64,000 bases of DNA, from assembly GCA_000002435.2 (NCBI GenBank), contig CM018793.1; one strand, written 5' to 3'. This document shows positions 42,550 through 50,843 of the stretch, piece after piece; position 1 is the stretch's first letter; every line of letters begins with the position of its first letter. The notes below the pieces were generated by a model. It ran no database searches. It had not been told where the DNA came from and saw nothing but the letters and a program-made list of their open reading frames with translations. The translations under genes were made by a program, and so were the position numbers. The stretch comes from Giardia intestinalis (Eukaryota).

Positions 42550-43304
42550 CTCTCCGTTAATGTCTCTCGGATTGTTATTTTGTCTTCACTAGGGGAATTC
42601 TTAGGAACTTCGGCACGGGACTCCGTCGTCTTGTCGAGTGTTAATGTCAAATTGATTCCTGCTGACTTCTCTATGGCTGTTAGCCTGCTTTCTAGATCCA
42701 CGCGCTCTTGTCTCTCTATCAGCAACTGTTCCTCAAGCTTTTTGAGCTGACTCTCTAGGACTGTGTTTTCTGCTTGCAAAGATGCAATGCTAACTTCCAG
42801 CTTTCTGTTGTGTTGTGAAGATGTACTCCTGCACTCCGCACTTTTAGCCCGACGTTTTGGCGTTTTCAATGCACTGGTGGTTAGCGTTGCACTGGCAGAA
42901 ATAGGGGTTTGAACAGTGCTTTTCGATGGACGTCGACCTCGTTGTTGCATCGGTTTCGATTTCGGCCTTTTATGAGATGACTGTGCAGTGCGGGAGCGTA
43001 TAGGCGCCCTTCGAGCAGGTGCATTGACCAATTCAATTGTCTCCCTTTCTGATTCATAATCGTCTCCTGTACTCTTCAGTAAATGGCTTCTGTTTTCTAG
43101 CTCCATTTTGTGAATCGCCTCCCTGAGAATGGACAAAATGTGGGCCCGCGCGCGCTCTGATGCTCGATCCTTCACGACTGAGGCAATCGAAGATTTACGT
43201 GAGGCATCGTCTTGCAGTACGCGCTGGTGCTCTGTTTCAGGGGTCTTTCTCGACTCTGATCTCGATTCTGGTCGCCCCAGCCGTTTCTCTGCGCCATTTT
43301 GCAT
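42537..43304 (-). CDS. Hypothetical basic/coiled-coil protein (255 aa)
   Basis: Complete ORF with a true ATG at 43304. It is Arg/Lys/Ser-rich with a C-terminal coiled coil (LEVSIASLQAENTVLESQLKKLEEQLLIERQERVDLESRLTAIEKS). Its 3' end overlaps the 3' end of the 36163 gene by 13 nt. Confidence 0.5.
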   Translation of the reverse strand: MQNGAEKRLGRPESRSESRKTPETEHQRVLQDDASRKSSIASVVKDRASERARAHILSILREAIHKMELENRSHLLKSTGDDYESERETIELVNAPARRAPIRSRTAQSSHKRPKSKPMQQRGRRPSKSTVQTPISASATLTTSALKTPKRRAKSAECRSTSSQHNRKLEVSIASLQAENTVLESQLKKLEEQLLIERQERVDLESRLTAIEKSAGINLTLTLDKTTESRAEVPKNSPSEDKITIRETLTESQYT

Positions 43305-43328
43305 TTGAAAAGATTTTAATCTCTGCCC

Positions 43329-43700
43329 ATGTACCTATCTGCCCTGGGCGTACTGGCTTGCCCACACTGTAGAGCCCCGTTCATCCTTTCATGCACAGCT
43401 CTTCAGAGGGACGAGTTTACTGACCTCCATAAGCGAGCAAAGGTGTCTGCCATTCTCACTCGAGCGTGCTGGAAACGAATTTTGAACTCGTGCATTGCTG
43501 GAAAGATAGCTGTCCCAGAGAAATACGCACTACATGATAGCGACGTCGTTGATCCAGAAGCCCTCACCGATGAAGAGGTCGACCAATTTTACGAGCTCCT
43601 TTTTCTGCAGGCCGTTGTGGAGGGGGAGCTCATCTGCAGCGGCTGCAATAAGGCTTATGAAATTCGGAATCGCATCCCCAGACTTACCCTGCTTTCTTGA
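43329..43700 (+). CDS. TRM112: Trm112-like methyltransferase activator subunit (123 aa)
   Basis: An N-terminal LACPHC...PF segment and the C-terminal EGELICSGCNKAYEIRNRIPRLTL resemble the TRM112 zinc-knuckle ends ([23 protein letters not shown]). The size is typical. It is divergent from the 43304 gene across a 24-bp spacer. Confidence 0.55.
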   Translation: MYLSALGVLACPHCRAPFILSCTALQRDEFTDLHKRAKVSAILTRACWKRILNSCIAGKIAVPEKYALHDSDVVDPEALTDEEVDQFYELLFLQAVVEGELICSGCNKAYEIRNRIPRLTLLS

Positions 43701-43712
43701 TGGATATTTTGC

Positions 43713-44765
43713 TCACTCCTCTGCATCACAGACACCCTGCTCTCCAACGGCGAATGTCGCCTCTGCTTCGGGTAATGATGGGGAGTCATATATCTTAGCC
43801 ACGCGATTATTTCCGCGGCCCTTGCGGAGGTACAAACGGGTGGTGCTGGCGTGGGCGAGGATGTGACCCCCAATCGGCTTCTTGGGATCGGCAGTGAACA
43901 TCGCTGCACCGTCAACCTGCGCCATGACCTGGTTGGTGACGAAGATCGCGATGTTGAATTCGTCTGCAAGCTTTGCCAGACTAGCAAGGTGTTGCCCAAG
44001 TTTCTGCTGCCTGTCTGCAAGTTCTCCCCTGCCTGTGAAGTCCACCCTGAACAGCGCTGTGAGTGAGTCTATAATCAATAGCGCAAACTTTTTTTCTGAC
44101 ATCTGCTCTGCCGCTGCTGCAAGAAGCTCTATCTGCTGCTCGTGTGTGTACGCGCGAGCATATGCTATCCTAGACAGCGTTGTGGTGGGATCTAACTTGT
44201 ACCGCTCAGCAATGGGCCCAATTTTCTCAGGCCTGAAGGTGCCTTCTGTGTCTAAGTAGGCAACCCTACTGCCATCCAGCTGAGCAGTGACAGCGATGGT
44301 GTGGCAGAGCTGGGTTTTGCCTGATCGAAATTCTCCAAACACTTCTGTTATTGCCATGGATTCTATGCCGCCTCCTAGCAAAGCGTCCAAATCACTACAA
44401 CCAGTAGATATTCTTCTGATTCGCTGGCGACGCTCCAGTGCAACAACCCCGCTCATGAAGCCTGGTTGCGAATGCTTACGAGCGGCGTCTAAGATCTTAT
44501 CCACTTTTGCCTCTGACAGCCCCTTTATCTGCCCTAGATCTTTATGCGTTTGCATCAGTACTCCTTGAATGGAGAAAATGCCTGATTCACGAAGCCTCTT
44601 GGTGTCTGCGGCCGCTATTCCAAGTGCGTGCAGCTCCTCAATTGGCGCCCAAGTTTCCTTAGCCTCGTCTCCGGCTACAACCGGGGTCTCCGTGTCCGAT
44701 TGGGTGCATGACACGCTTGTCGAGAGGACATACTGTTCTTGGGCCTTCTTCACTGATCGGGACAT
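43713..44765 (-). CDS. DMC1: Rad51/Dmc1-family recombinase (meiotic recombinase DMC1-like), 351 aa from ATG 44765
   Basis: An HhH N-domain is present (GIFSIQGVLMQTHKDLGQIKGLSEAKVDKIL). Walker A GEFRSGKTQL is present. Walker B is in ALLIIDSLTALFRVDF. The region NQVMAQVDGAAMFTADPKKPIGGHILAHASTTRLYLRKGRG is near-identical to Rad51/Dmc1 L2 and C-terminal motifs. The track ORF starts at GTG 44936. ATG 44765 is chosen because its upstream is AT-rich and it is 32 bp from the divergent 44798 gene. The alternatives are ATG 44810 and 44834. Confidence 0.9.
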   Translation of the reverse strand: MSRSVKKAQEQYVLSTSVSCTQSDTETPVVAGDEAKETWAPIEELHALGIAAADTKRLRESGIFSIQGVLMQTHKDLGQIKGLSEAKVDKILDAARKHSQPGFMSGVVALERRQRIRRISTGCSDLDALLGGGIESMAITEVFGEFRSGKTQLCHTIAVTAQLDGSRVAYLDTEGTFRPEKIGPIAERYKLDPTTTLSRIAYARAYTHEQQIELLAAAAEQMSEKKFALLIIDSLTALFRVDFTGRGELADRQQKLGQHLASLAKLADEFNIAIFVTNQVMAQVDGAAMFTADPKKPIGGHILAHASTTRLYLRKGRGNNRVAKIYDSPSLPEAEATFAVGEQGVCDAEE

Positions 44766-44797
44766 TGCTCTCACTAATTTGTTGGTAATGTAAACAG

Positions 44798-45292
44798 ATG
44801 ATACATACATTCGCAGGCCGCGTATGCGTCGCATTAGCGAAAATGCCGCCCCCGCGTATAGCCCTTGTGAATCCGATTGCATCACGTGCTCCTCCTGTTT
44901 CAGTGGAATGCGCACACAAGATGCTTGAGGACACACCTATTACGAGGTTACGAATAGGTATGAAGGAAGTTTTGCGCTTAACCCGGACGCGTTCAACTAG
45001 CCTGGTAGCCATCTTCTCCACGCTTCCTCTGCGTAACTTGCCGCTTCTTTTGGCTATGACAGCTCTGCATAAAGGAGTGCCATATACAGTGCTCCCTCCT
45101 AGTGACGAGTTTCGAAAACGAGCAATCAAGGAGTTCAAGATTGCCGGCGCTCCGATTGCTGTGGCCATCGTCGGTGCTCCAAACAATGACACCACTGTAG
45201 TAAGCACCGCATCTAAAAACGGGGTGCTTCTCAAAGAGCAAGGCTGTGTTTACACCTATGTGACCAATAATAATAACACACGAAAAGCATAG
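44798..45292 (+). CDS. L7Ae-fold RNA-binding protein, NHP2/Snu13-like (164 aa)
   Basis: RIALVNPIASRAPP resembles NHP2 LVNQNPIAQPLA. IGMKEVLRLTRTRSTSLVAIFSTLPLRNLPLLLAMTALHKGVPYTVLPPSDEFRKRAIKE resembles NHP2 RGVKEVQKFVNKGEKGIMVLAGDTLPIEVYCHLPVMCEDRNLPYVYIPSKTDLGAAAG. Start is a true ATG with an AT-rich upstream region. Confidence 0.55.
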   Translation: MIHTFAGRVCVALAKMPPPRIALVNPIASRAPPVSVECAHKMLEDTPITRLRIGMKEVLRLTRTRSTSLVAIFSTLPLRNLPLLLAMTALHKGVPYTVLPPSDEFRKRAIKEFKIAGAPIAVAIVGAPNNDTTVVSTASKNGVLLKEQGCVYTYVTNNNNTRKA

Positions 45293-45299
45293 ACTCCAA

Positions 45300-45986
45300 T
45301 CAGATATCGTCCTCAGAACGCGGCTCTGATATTTGAGAAGCAATCTCCTGGTCGTCATCCAGAATATCAGAGCTGGAGCTTTCCTTGCGGTGGGAGCTGT
45401 CACCTCTGTTCCTCGGCCGTTTCTTAGAAGCATCACCCTTATAGTCGTTGTAGTCGTTCACGGGCGCCTCCGGTGAGACCAATCTAGCGTCATAATTGTC
45501 GTCGTTTTCCCTCTTTCTTCTTTCGTCACGTCCACGAGCATGTTCTTGTTCCATACGCTTCTTAAATTCAGCCTTGGTTTCGTTGGTATAGAGGGGCCTG
45601 ATAGACGTGCCACACTCTCCACAAGTGAGCCTAGCATAGTAGTTTTCGATTCCTGTGCCCTCGTCTCTCTCTGTAAAAAAGTCTATGATAGCGATACCCT
45701 TGAAGTTGCACTTACAGTCTCCAAAGCCAGGACAAGGGACGCCGTACTTCTTTTTCTTGTAAATGAAGTCGCCCCAGCTCCGGTGGGCCTCGTTCGGCGT
45801 GTCTAAGAGACCATACTTGTAAGTGTATCTCTCCTTGCACATCTTGCAGGTCAAAACGAACACCCCCTCCTTCGATATCCTCTCAGACCCTACACTCTCA
45901 ATTGTGTTACAGACCGGGCATGGGAAGAACTTGCTACGGCCGGCTTTCTTAGGGGGCGCCGCCCTTGTCCTCTTCTTCTTTCCCAT
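45300..45986 (-). CDS. ELF1: Transcription elongation factor Elf1-like zinc-ribbon protein with a second Cys cluster and acidic tail (228 aa from ATG 45986)
   Basis: MGKKKRTRAAPPKKAGRSKFFPCPVCN...LTCKMCKERY...PNEAHRSWGDFI matches the Elf1/ELOF1 architecture (MGRRKSKRKPPPKKK...FTCPFCNHE...CTVC...PVDVYSDWID). An extra CPGFGDCKC...CGEC cluster follows, then a basic/acidic Ser-rich tail. The track ORF extends upstream to 46172 with no support. Confidence 0.75.
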   Translation of the reverse strand: MGKKKRTRAAPPKKAGRSKFFPCPVCNTIESVGSERISKEGVFVLTCKMCKERYTYKYGLLDTPNEAHRSWGDFIYKKKKYGVPCPGFGDCKCNFKGIAIIDFFTERDEGTGIENYYARLTCGECGTSIRPLYTNETKAEFKKRMEQEHARGRDERRKRENDDNYDARLVSPEAPVNDYNDYKGDASKKRPRNRGDSSHRKESSSSDILDDDQEIASQISEPRSEDDI

Positions 45987-46065
45987 CCTCCTGTCCTCTT
46001 TTTGTGACTGTTTGTGACTAGACGCCGTTTCTAACAAAATTGCCAAGCATGTATGCAAAATTAAA

Positions 46066-46881
46066 ATGGAAAGATACCCCAGACAACGGTTAGACGACGG
46101 CAGGTGGCAGTGCGTGGCACGGCCGCAGTACAGATACTCCTGCGCCATCTCATGCCTTGTGAGCATATTCAATCATCTCTTCAACAGAGACATGACCCTG
46201 GACGAGTGTATTGCTATTCTCTTTCCAGACCTGAAAGAAGACCCACGACACTATGATTTTGGACCTCAAGCTTCTAACAGTGCTGTTCAAAGCTGGTTCA
46301 AGACCCTCTGCATGCACTATGGCCTTTCTGGCACCTCTTGCACGATATACAAGGAGCAGGGCAGAACGAGAACTGCGTGTAGCAAGCAAGAGGCACTTAA
46401 GAATATCATCTCTGCTTTGAATACGCCAAGATGTGCGTTACTGTATCACTGCTTGAACCATTACTGCATAATCGTAGGCTATATAATAAGTCCATCTACG
46501 CCTAATAGACCAAGTAATCATTGCGTCTTCAGCGGGGATGATGGATGCACCCTCAAGCTCCTGTGTGCAGACGGCACAGAAGCCGAGGACGTGGACGATA
46601 GTAATATTTGGTTAATAGTGGCAGACTGTGGGAAAGGAACTGCTCCCCTTAGGTCACTGACCTGGGAATTTGTACATAAAGATATATCTACCCGACCTCC
46701 GTATGCATATAACGCTAGGTGCCCTGAGAGAGGACTGCTAAGGAAAACAGAATCAAAGGGATATATACCAGTTGAGATAGACTCAGTGCTTGTTAACAGC
46801 ACGGGAGTATCCACCTGTGTTAGATCTGGTGGCGTCATCAAGGGATCGTCGCACTGCATCATTGGATTTGTTAGTGACTAG
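46066..46881 (+). CDS. Papain-fold cysteine peptidase-like protein, resembles the phytochelatin-synthase (C83) catalytic core (271 aa)
   Basis: QYRYSCAISCLVSIFNHL aligns with the PCS active-site block PAYCGLASLSVVLNAL (Cys, Leu, Asn and Leu conserved). CLNHYCIIVGY resembles the PCS His block GHFSPIGGY. This is an assignment by motif only. Start is a true ATG; the gene is divergent from ELF1 across a 79-bp spacer. Confidence 0.35.
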   Translation: MERYPRQRLDDGRWQCVARPQYRYSCAISCLVSIFNHLFNRDMTLDECIAILFPDLKEDPRHYDFGPQASNSAVQSWFKTLCMHYGLSGTSCTIYKEQGRTRTACSKQEALKNIISALNTPRCALLYHCLNHYCIIVGYIISPSTPNRPSNHCVFSGDDGCTLKLLCADGTEAEDVDDSNIWLIVADCGKGTAPLRSLTWEFVHKDISTRPPYAYNARCPERGLLRKTESKGYIPVEIDSVLVNSTGVSTCVRSGGVIKGSSHCIIGFVSD

Positions 46882-48619
46882 AGCCCCGTTTATTACTCCC
46901 GGACGAAAGTATAACTATTAACACCACAAGCACAACGATAGCTCCAGTAGAGCAGAGCCGAAGCACTTGAGGCAGCGAGGCCTCCAAATACCCACATAGA
47001 ACGTCACAGATGATAGCTGTCCATGTCGCAATGACAAGGATAACGGGAAGGTTGAGACAGGCGAGGGCGTCCATCTGGTACGTTGTACTTTGGTTGTTGA
47101 ATATTGAACTGTTGTAAGTGTTGATTTGCTGGGTATATCTATTGCTTATGTACCGAAAAAGGGCATTGCAAACGTCATATATTGCATCTATCTGATGAAC
47201 ACAGACCCCAGTTTTTTGAAGATTTGCAAGTCTTCTTTGTGGTGGGGCATTCATATATGAATAAGAGCAGACTTCTCCGCAGGCAAAGGACATGGACTGA
47301 ATGGCATGCTCGTAACCAGTTAGGTCCAGTGCTTTGGTTCGTGCATAGTATTTAAAGACCTTCTGAAGAAGGATGGTTTGAAATAGGGTCGTCCTGTCCA
47401 CACAGTCCAGGCAGTTTATCCGCGGATAGCACTTCTGAACAAAGTCAGGAAGAGCAACTCCGACATCACCGCTAGGAACTAGAACTGTGCTTGTGGCTAT
47501 GTCATCTGCTAACTGGTGATACTCTGTGTTGCTGTGTCTACGTATGTTGTAGTTCATCAACTTAACGTTGAGGGAGTTCTTGCGGCGAGAATCAGCAGTT
47601 TTTCTCATAGACTCGGTAAAGAACGCCGTCAGAGCCCGCTCATCGGCGGTCTCAAGGCTTTTCTTTTCACTGGCAGCAATGGAGTCATCCAAAAGATCGA
47701 CTTCATTTTTGAGGAGGTTGACGATAAGTATCTCTGCGTCTGCAGTCACTAAGTTACCCAATAGAAGGCTTATATGCCTTTGCAAGAGACTACTAAACTG
47801 AGCGAGGCCCTGCTCTTCATGAGCCCCATCTGGGAAGCGTATGGCAGGAGTGAACTTGTAAGTTGGTGGCTGACTGAAGATAAGCGGGAGGGAGCCCCTA
47901 AACAGGGTGTAGACAAGAGTAGCGTTATAGTAAAGACGAAGCCTTGCTGTGTTGGCTGTGTACCCTGCCGAACTAATGCCCCGGTTGAAATACCTATGCC
48001 CTGCATTATCGATGCATCGCTCCATCCGAAGCGATATGTAAGAGGAAGGGCCAATCATCCACTGCTCATAGAAGCCGCTGAAAATATATGCCATGCATTC
48101 CCCGACGATAGTCTCTAGTCGCAGCCTGGGGAGTTGCTCTGTGCTTGTAATTTGTGATGGATAGAGATGCCTGTTCCAGCAGTATGAGTCGTCCGGTGAA
48201 AAATGTCGGGAAGTATCGATGTAGCATTGACGACAAACATCTGCGACTGCATTGCATAAGAGGAAGTGGACGTACTTATCTATCGCATTTGCATGCAGCA
48301 CTATTATGTTATCGACCCGTAATGGATAGCAAGGTGTTCCGTCTTCAAGGGGCGGATGAGGAGAGATGCGCTGAGCAGTTGAAGAATGGGCTTCGATGAA
48401 ACTGATGGCTGGCACTGCGGGTTTGCACACTAGTGGAAAATTATAGCCAAAGATGCGAATAACGCCCAGGAAGAATACATAATTGTCTACAAGAGTGGCC
48501 TTCTTTAGTACATCCAAAGGAGGAGGCCCGTACACTAGTGAGGAATCCGATCGTGAAAAGGAAATGCAATGGTGAGCACGGCGCAGATAAATGTGCGTCG
48601 GGGTCGAGAGAAGTTCCAT
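46871..48619 (-). CDS. SAC1: Sac1-like phosphoinositide phosphatase with C-terminal TM helices (582 aa)
   Basis: The Sac-domain motif HRYFNRGI (RxGxRYxxRG) is present. The catalytic CX5R(T/S) motif RINCLDCVDRTT resembles RTNCMDCLDRTN. Two C-terminal hydrophobic segments are present (LNLPVILVIATWTAIICDVLCGYL and GAIVVLVVLIVILS), as in Sac1. Its 3' end overlaps the 46066 gene by 11 nt. Confidence 0.85.
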   Translation of the reverse strand: MELLSTPTHIYLRRAHHCISFSRSDSSLVYGPPPLDVLKKATLVDNYVFFLGVIRIFGYNFPLVCKPAVPAISFIEAHSSTAQRISPHPPLEDGTPCYPLRVDNIIVLHANAIDKYVHFLLCNAVADVCRQCYIDTSRHFSPDDSYCWNRHLYPSQITSTEQLPRLRLETIVGECMAYIFSGFYEQWMIGPSSYISLRMERCIDNAGHRYFNRGISSAGYTANTARLRLYYNATLVYTLFRGSLPLIFSQPPTYKFTPAIRFPDGAHEEQGLAQFSSLLQRHISLLLGNLVTADAEILIVNLLKNEVDLLDDSIAASEKKSLETADERALTAFFTESMRKTADSRRKNSLNVKLMNYNIRRHSNTEYHQLADDIATSTVLVPSGDVGVALPDFVQKCYPRINCLDCVDRTTLFQTILLQKVFKYYARTKALDLTGYEHAIQSMSFACGEVCSYSYMNAPPQRRLANLQKTGVCVHQIDAIYDVCNALFRYISNRYTQQINTYNSSIFNNQSTTYQMDALACLNLPVILVIATWTAIICDVLCGYLEASLPQVLRLCSTGAIVVLVVLIVILSSGSNKRGSSH

Positions 48620-48741
48620 GAGCAGCTACACTTCAATTTTATAGGCTTTTTTCTTCAGAATTAATTTTGAACCTGCAATCTTACTAAGGTCGCAGTTCGC
48701 AACCTTCGCAGTGGTGCGCACCTATGTAGAAAGAAAAGTAT

Positions 48742-50541
48742 ATGGGAAAAGATCCCCTTTTCATCGTCACAAGACTGAATAATGCCCAGCTTCTTGTAGA
48801 GCAAGGAACGTTGAACGTCGGGCCAGACTTCTCTGTTGAAAGTAACTGGCACTCCATTGACTGGTTCAAAACTCAAAGCGAGCGGCTCTTAGAAGTTATC
48901 CCCCTTAATAAGAAGAACCTCATATGTTGTATTCTATCAACTCAGATTACTTGTATAGATATCACTACAAGTGGACGGCCCTGCTCTCTTTCGCTGCAGT
49001 CGCCTATCTCTCATTATTGTTATTATGAGTACCTTCCAATGTGCCTCTTTCTGGCAATCCAGACGTCTGATGCTCTCAGAGTTTATAAACTCGTTTACGA
49101 AGGCCAGCAGCCATACTTCCAGACCATATATGAGTTCCCCAGTGATCTCCTTTTAGGCTTGGGAAAGATCATGACCATGTCGATGTGTCCTGACTTCCTC
49201 GCTATCTGCACATGCGTTTACCCACACGGGAAGCGTAGCGCCCTTACAACCATCAACGTGTTCCATATTTTGGATGATAGGTGGTCTTCCAACGCAGAAG
49301 ATAGCAGAGAAACTAAGGATGACGGCGAGTCAAACCCCGGCCCTGGGTCTGTCTCGACCACTGCCTTCCAGCTTCTAGGCCGCCCTAAGACAATTCAATT
49401 TGATAAGGCGTCTCAGCTCATAATCGTCCTCAAGCGGAGCGAAACATACTACTTCTTCAGATACAAGTTTTTCTCTGAGCTCACAAGCGAAGGGGCACCT
49501 GTTGTCCGCGGAGAGCTTCTCTCTGAACCGGCCACTGGCATGCAGTATCAATTCCGCTCATGCATTAGCAAGCACTCAATTCTATATGCAGGCCGTTATC
49601 CCAACTATGTCTGTATAGAGTGTCGCCGGAATCCTCGGAGCTTCACCTTTGCTGCTCATTGTGAGTTCTCCAGCGAACGCGAAGTAGTTGGCGTGTCTAA
49701 TACCCCTAACGGATCTTTTGTTGCGGCTGTTGACCCTAACAGAACCCACATCGACCTTTACTACAACTTCTGCTTTTGCGCAAGCATTCAACTTGTTGGA
49801 AAGGGTGGGCCCATACAAAAGGGCTCAAAGCTTCTGGGGTGCTGCATCCTCCCGGAGTCCTACTATCTCTTAGCCTACACATCTACGGGCCTCATGGCCT
49901 TGTACTGTATCCAGAACTGCTCATATGGCTTATTCCAGGTCAACAGGACATATACTCTTCCCCTGGCATCGTATGCCATTGAACGCACGCGTCGCTCACT
50001 CCTTGTTCTTTATGATACGCACTATCTCTACCTCTACATAAAGCCTACCGATGATATGGACTCTCTAACCTCGGCCACGGCGTGGTGTCCTAACCCCGCT
50101 CACGTCGCCGCTTACCAAAAGATCTTTACGGATGAGCGGGGGGCCATGGAAATCGCTGGCTTCACAACAGGAGTTGCTGGCGATAAGTCCATCATAAATA
50201 TCACCCTCAAATTTAAGACGGACGAGTCGTTTGTGGTAACGCTAGATCTAGAAGATGGAGACTTCGTGCCCGATAGCCTTACCGCAGCTATTGCCAGCAC
50301 TACTGCGCGCATAGAGAGCACAGGAGCCCAGACGGCGGTCCATAATCTCAGTCCACAGAGTCCAGATACAACCGCAGCCCCTACCAGTACTAGCATACCT
50401 GCTCCTGATTCTCGAATCTGCAATACTACTAACCCAAACACTTATTTAGAAGACGAGCGAGAGCAAGTCCAGAGCGTTCTATCTTCGATACCCACATCAG
50501 AGCAACCACCAGCTGACAACACTGACACCCAAGTAGCATAG
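48742..50541 (+). CDS. Hypothetical protein (599 aa) containing a 2A-like DGESNPGP motif
   Basis: Complete ORF with a true ATG and an AT-rich upstream region; divergent from SAC1 across a 122-bp spacer. No family motif was recognised. The C-terminus is Thr/Ser/Pro-rich. Confidence 0.6.
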   Translation: MGKDPLFIVTRLNNAQLLVEQGTLNVGPDFSVESNWHSIDWFKTQSERLLEVIPLNKKNLICCILSTQITCIDITTSGRPCSLSLQSPISHYCYYEYLPMCLFLAIQTSDALRVYKLVYEGQQPYFQTIYEFPSDLLLGLGKIMTMSMCPDFLAICTCVYPHGKRSALTTINVFHILDDRWSSNAEDSRETKDDGESNPGPGSVSTTAFQLLGRPKTIQFDKASQLIIVLKRSETYYFFRYKFFSELTSEGAPVVRGELLSEPATGMQYQFRSCISKHSILYAGRYPNYVCIECRRNPRSFTFAAHCEFSSEREVVGVSNTPNGSFVAAVDPNRTHIDLYYNFCFCASIQLVGKGGPIQKGSKLLGCCILPESYYLLAYTSTGLMALYCIQNCSYGLFQVNRTYTLPLASYAIERTRRSLLVLYDTHYLYLYIKPTDDMDSLTSATAWCPNPAHVAAYQKIFTDERGAMEIAGFTTGVAGDKSIINITLKFKTDESFVVTLDLEDGDFVPDSLTAAIASTTARIESTGAQTAVHNLSPQSPDTTAAPTSTSIPAPDSRICNTTNPNTYLEDEREQVQSVLSSIPTSEQPPADNTDTQVA

Positions 50542-50654
50542 ACCAGCTATCAGACACACCACCACCTGTAGGAGACAGAAGAAGACCGAATGAGAAGTCT
50601 TATCTCTAGGATCCAGAATTAAAGGTAGTTCACTCATTGCAGGGACTAGTGCAT

Positions 50655-50843
50655 CTAGTCAGCCTTAGCACACGGGCAATTCGGCCCGCACTTGCAGTCA
50701 GCAGACGGATTCCCAGGCTTGCACTTGCAGCTAGGCCCACATTTGCACCCACCATTGTCACAGCAGCCACCACTAGGGTTTGCAGCCACCGGTGCCTTGT
50801 TACCACAGCCGCAGCCACCACAGCACGCTCCAGGAGTAGACAT
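50655..50843 (-). CDS. Metallothionein-like small cysteine-rich protein (62 aa, 14 Cys)
   Basis: MSTPGACCGGCGCGNKAPVAANPSGGCCDNGGCKCGPSCKCKPGNPSADCKCGPNCPCAKAD. It has CC, CxC and CxxC motifs, is Lys/Gly/Pro-rich and has no aromatic or His residues. The track ORF starts at GTG 50891; the first ATG, 50843, is preceded by AAATAAAATG. Confidence 0.55.
   Translation of the reverse strand: MSTPGACCGGCGCGNKAPVAANPSGGCCDNGGCKCGPSCKCKPGNPSADCKCGPNCPCAKAD

Noticed and set aside
44766-44936. Track start of the recombinase ORF at 44936 (GTG) and similar non-ATG track starts (24826 GTG, 28305 TTG, 29147 TTG, 51399 TTG, 56805 TTG, 57411 TTG, 50891 GTG, 63992 TTG)
   Set aside because: The ORF track evidently allows bacterial alternative start codons. 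In a eukaryote the first in-frame ATG after the AT-rich initiator is the credible start. Coordinates were moved in multiples of 3 from the track boundaries accordingly.
44659-45436. Minus-strand ORFs 44659..45234 and 44993..45436 between DMC1 and ELF1
   Set aside because: They overlap the plus-strand NHP2-like gene, which has clear family similarity and a proper initiator. They have no recognisable features themselves.
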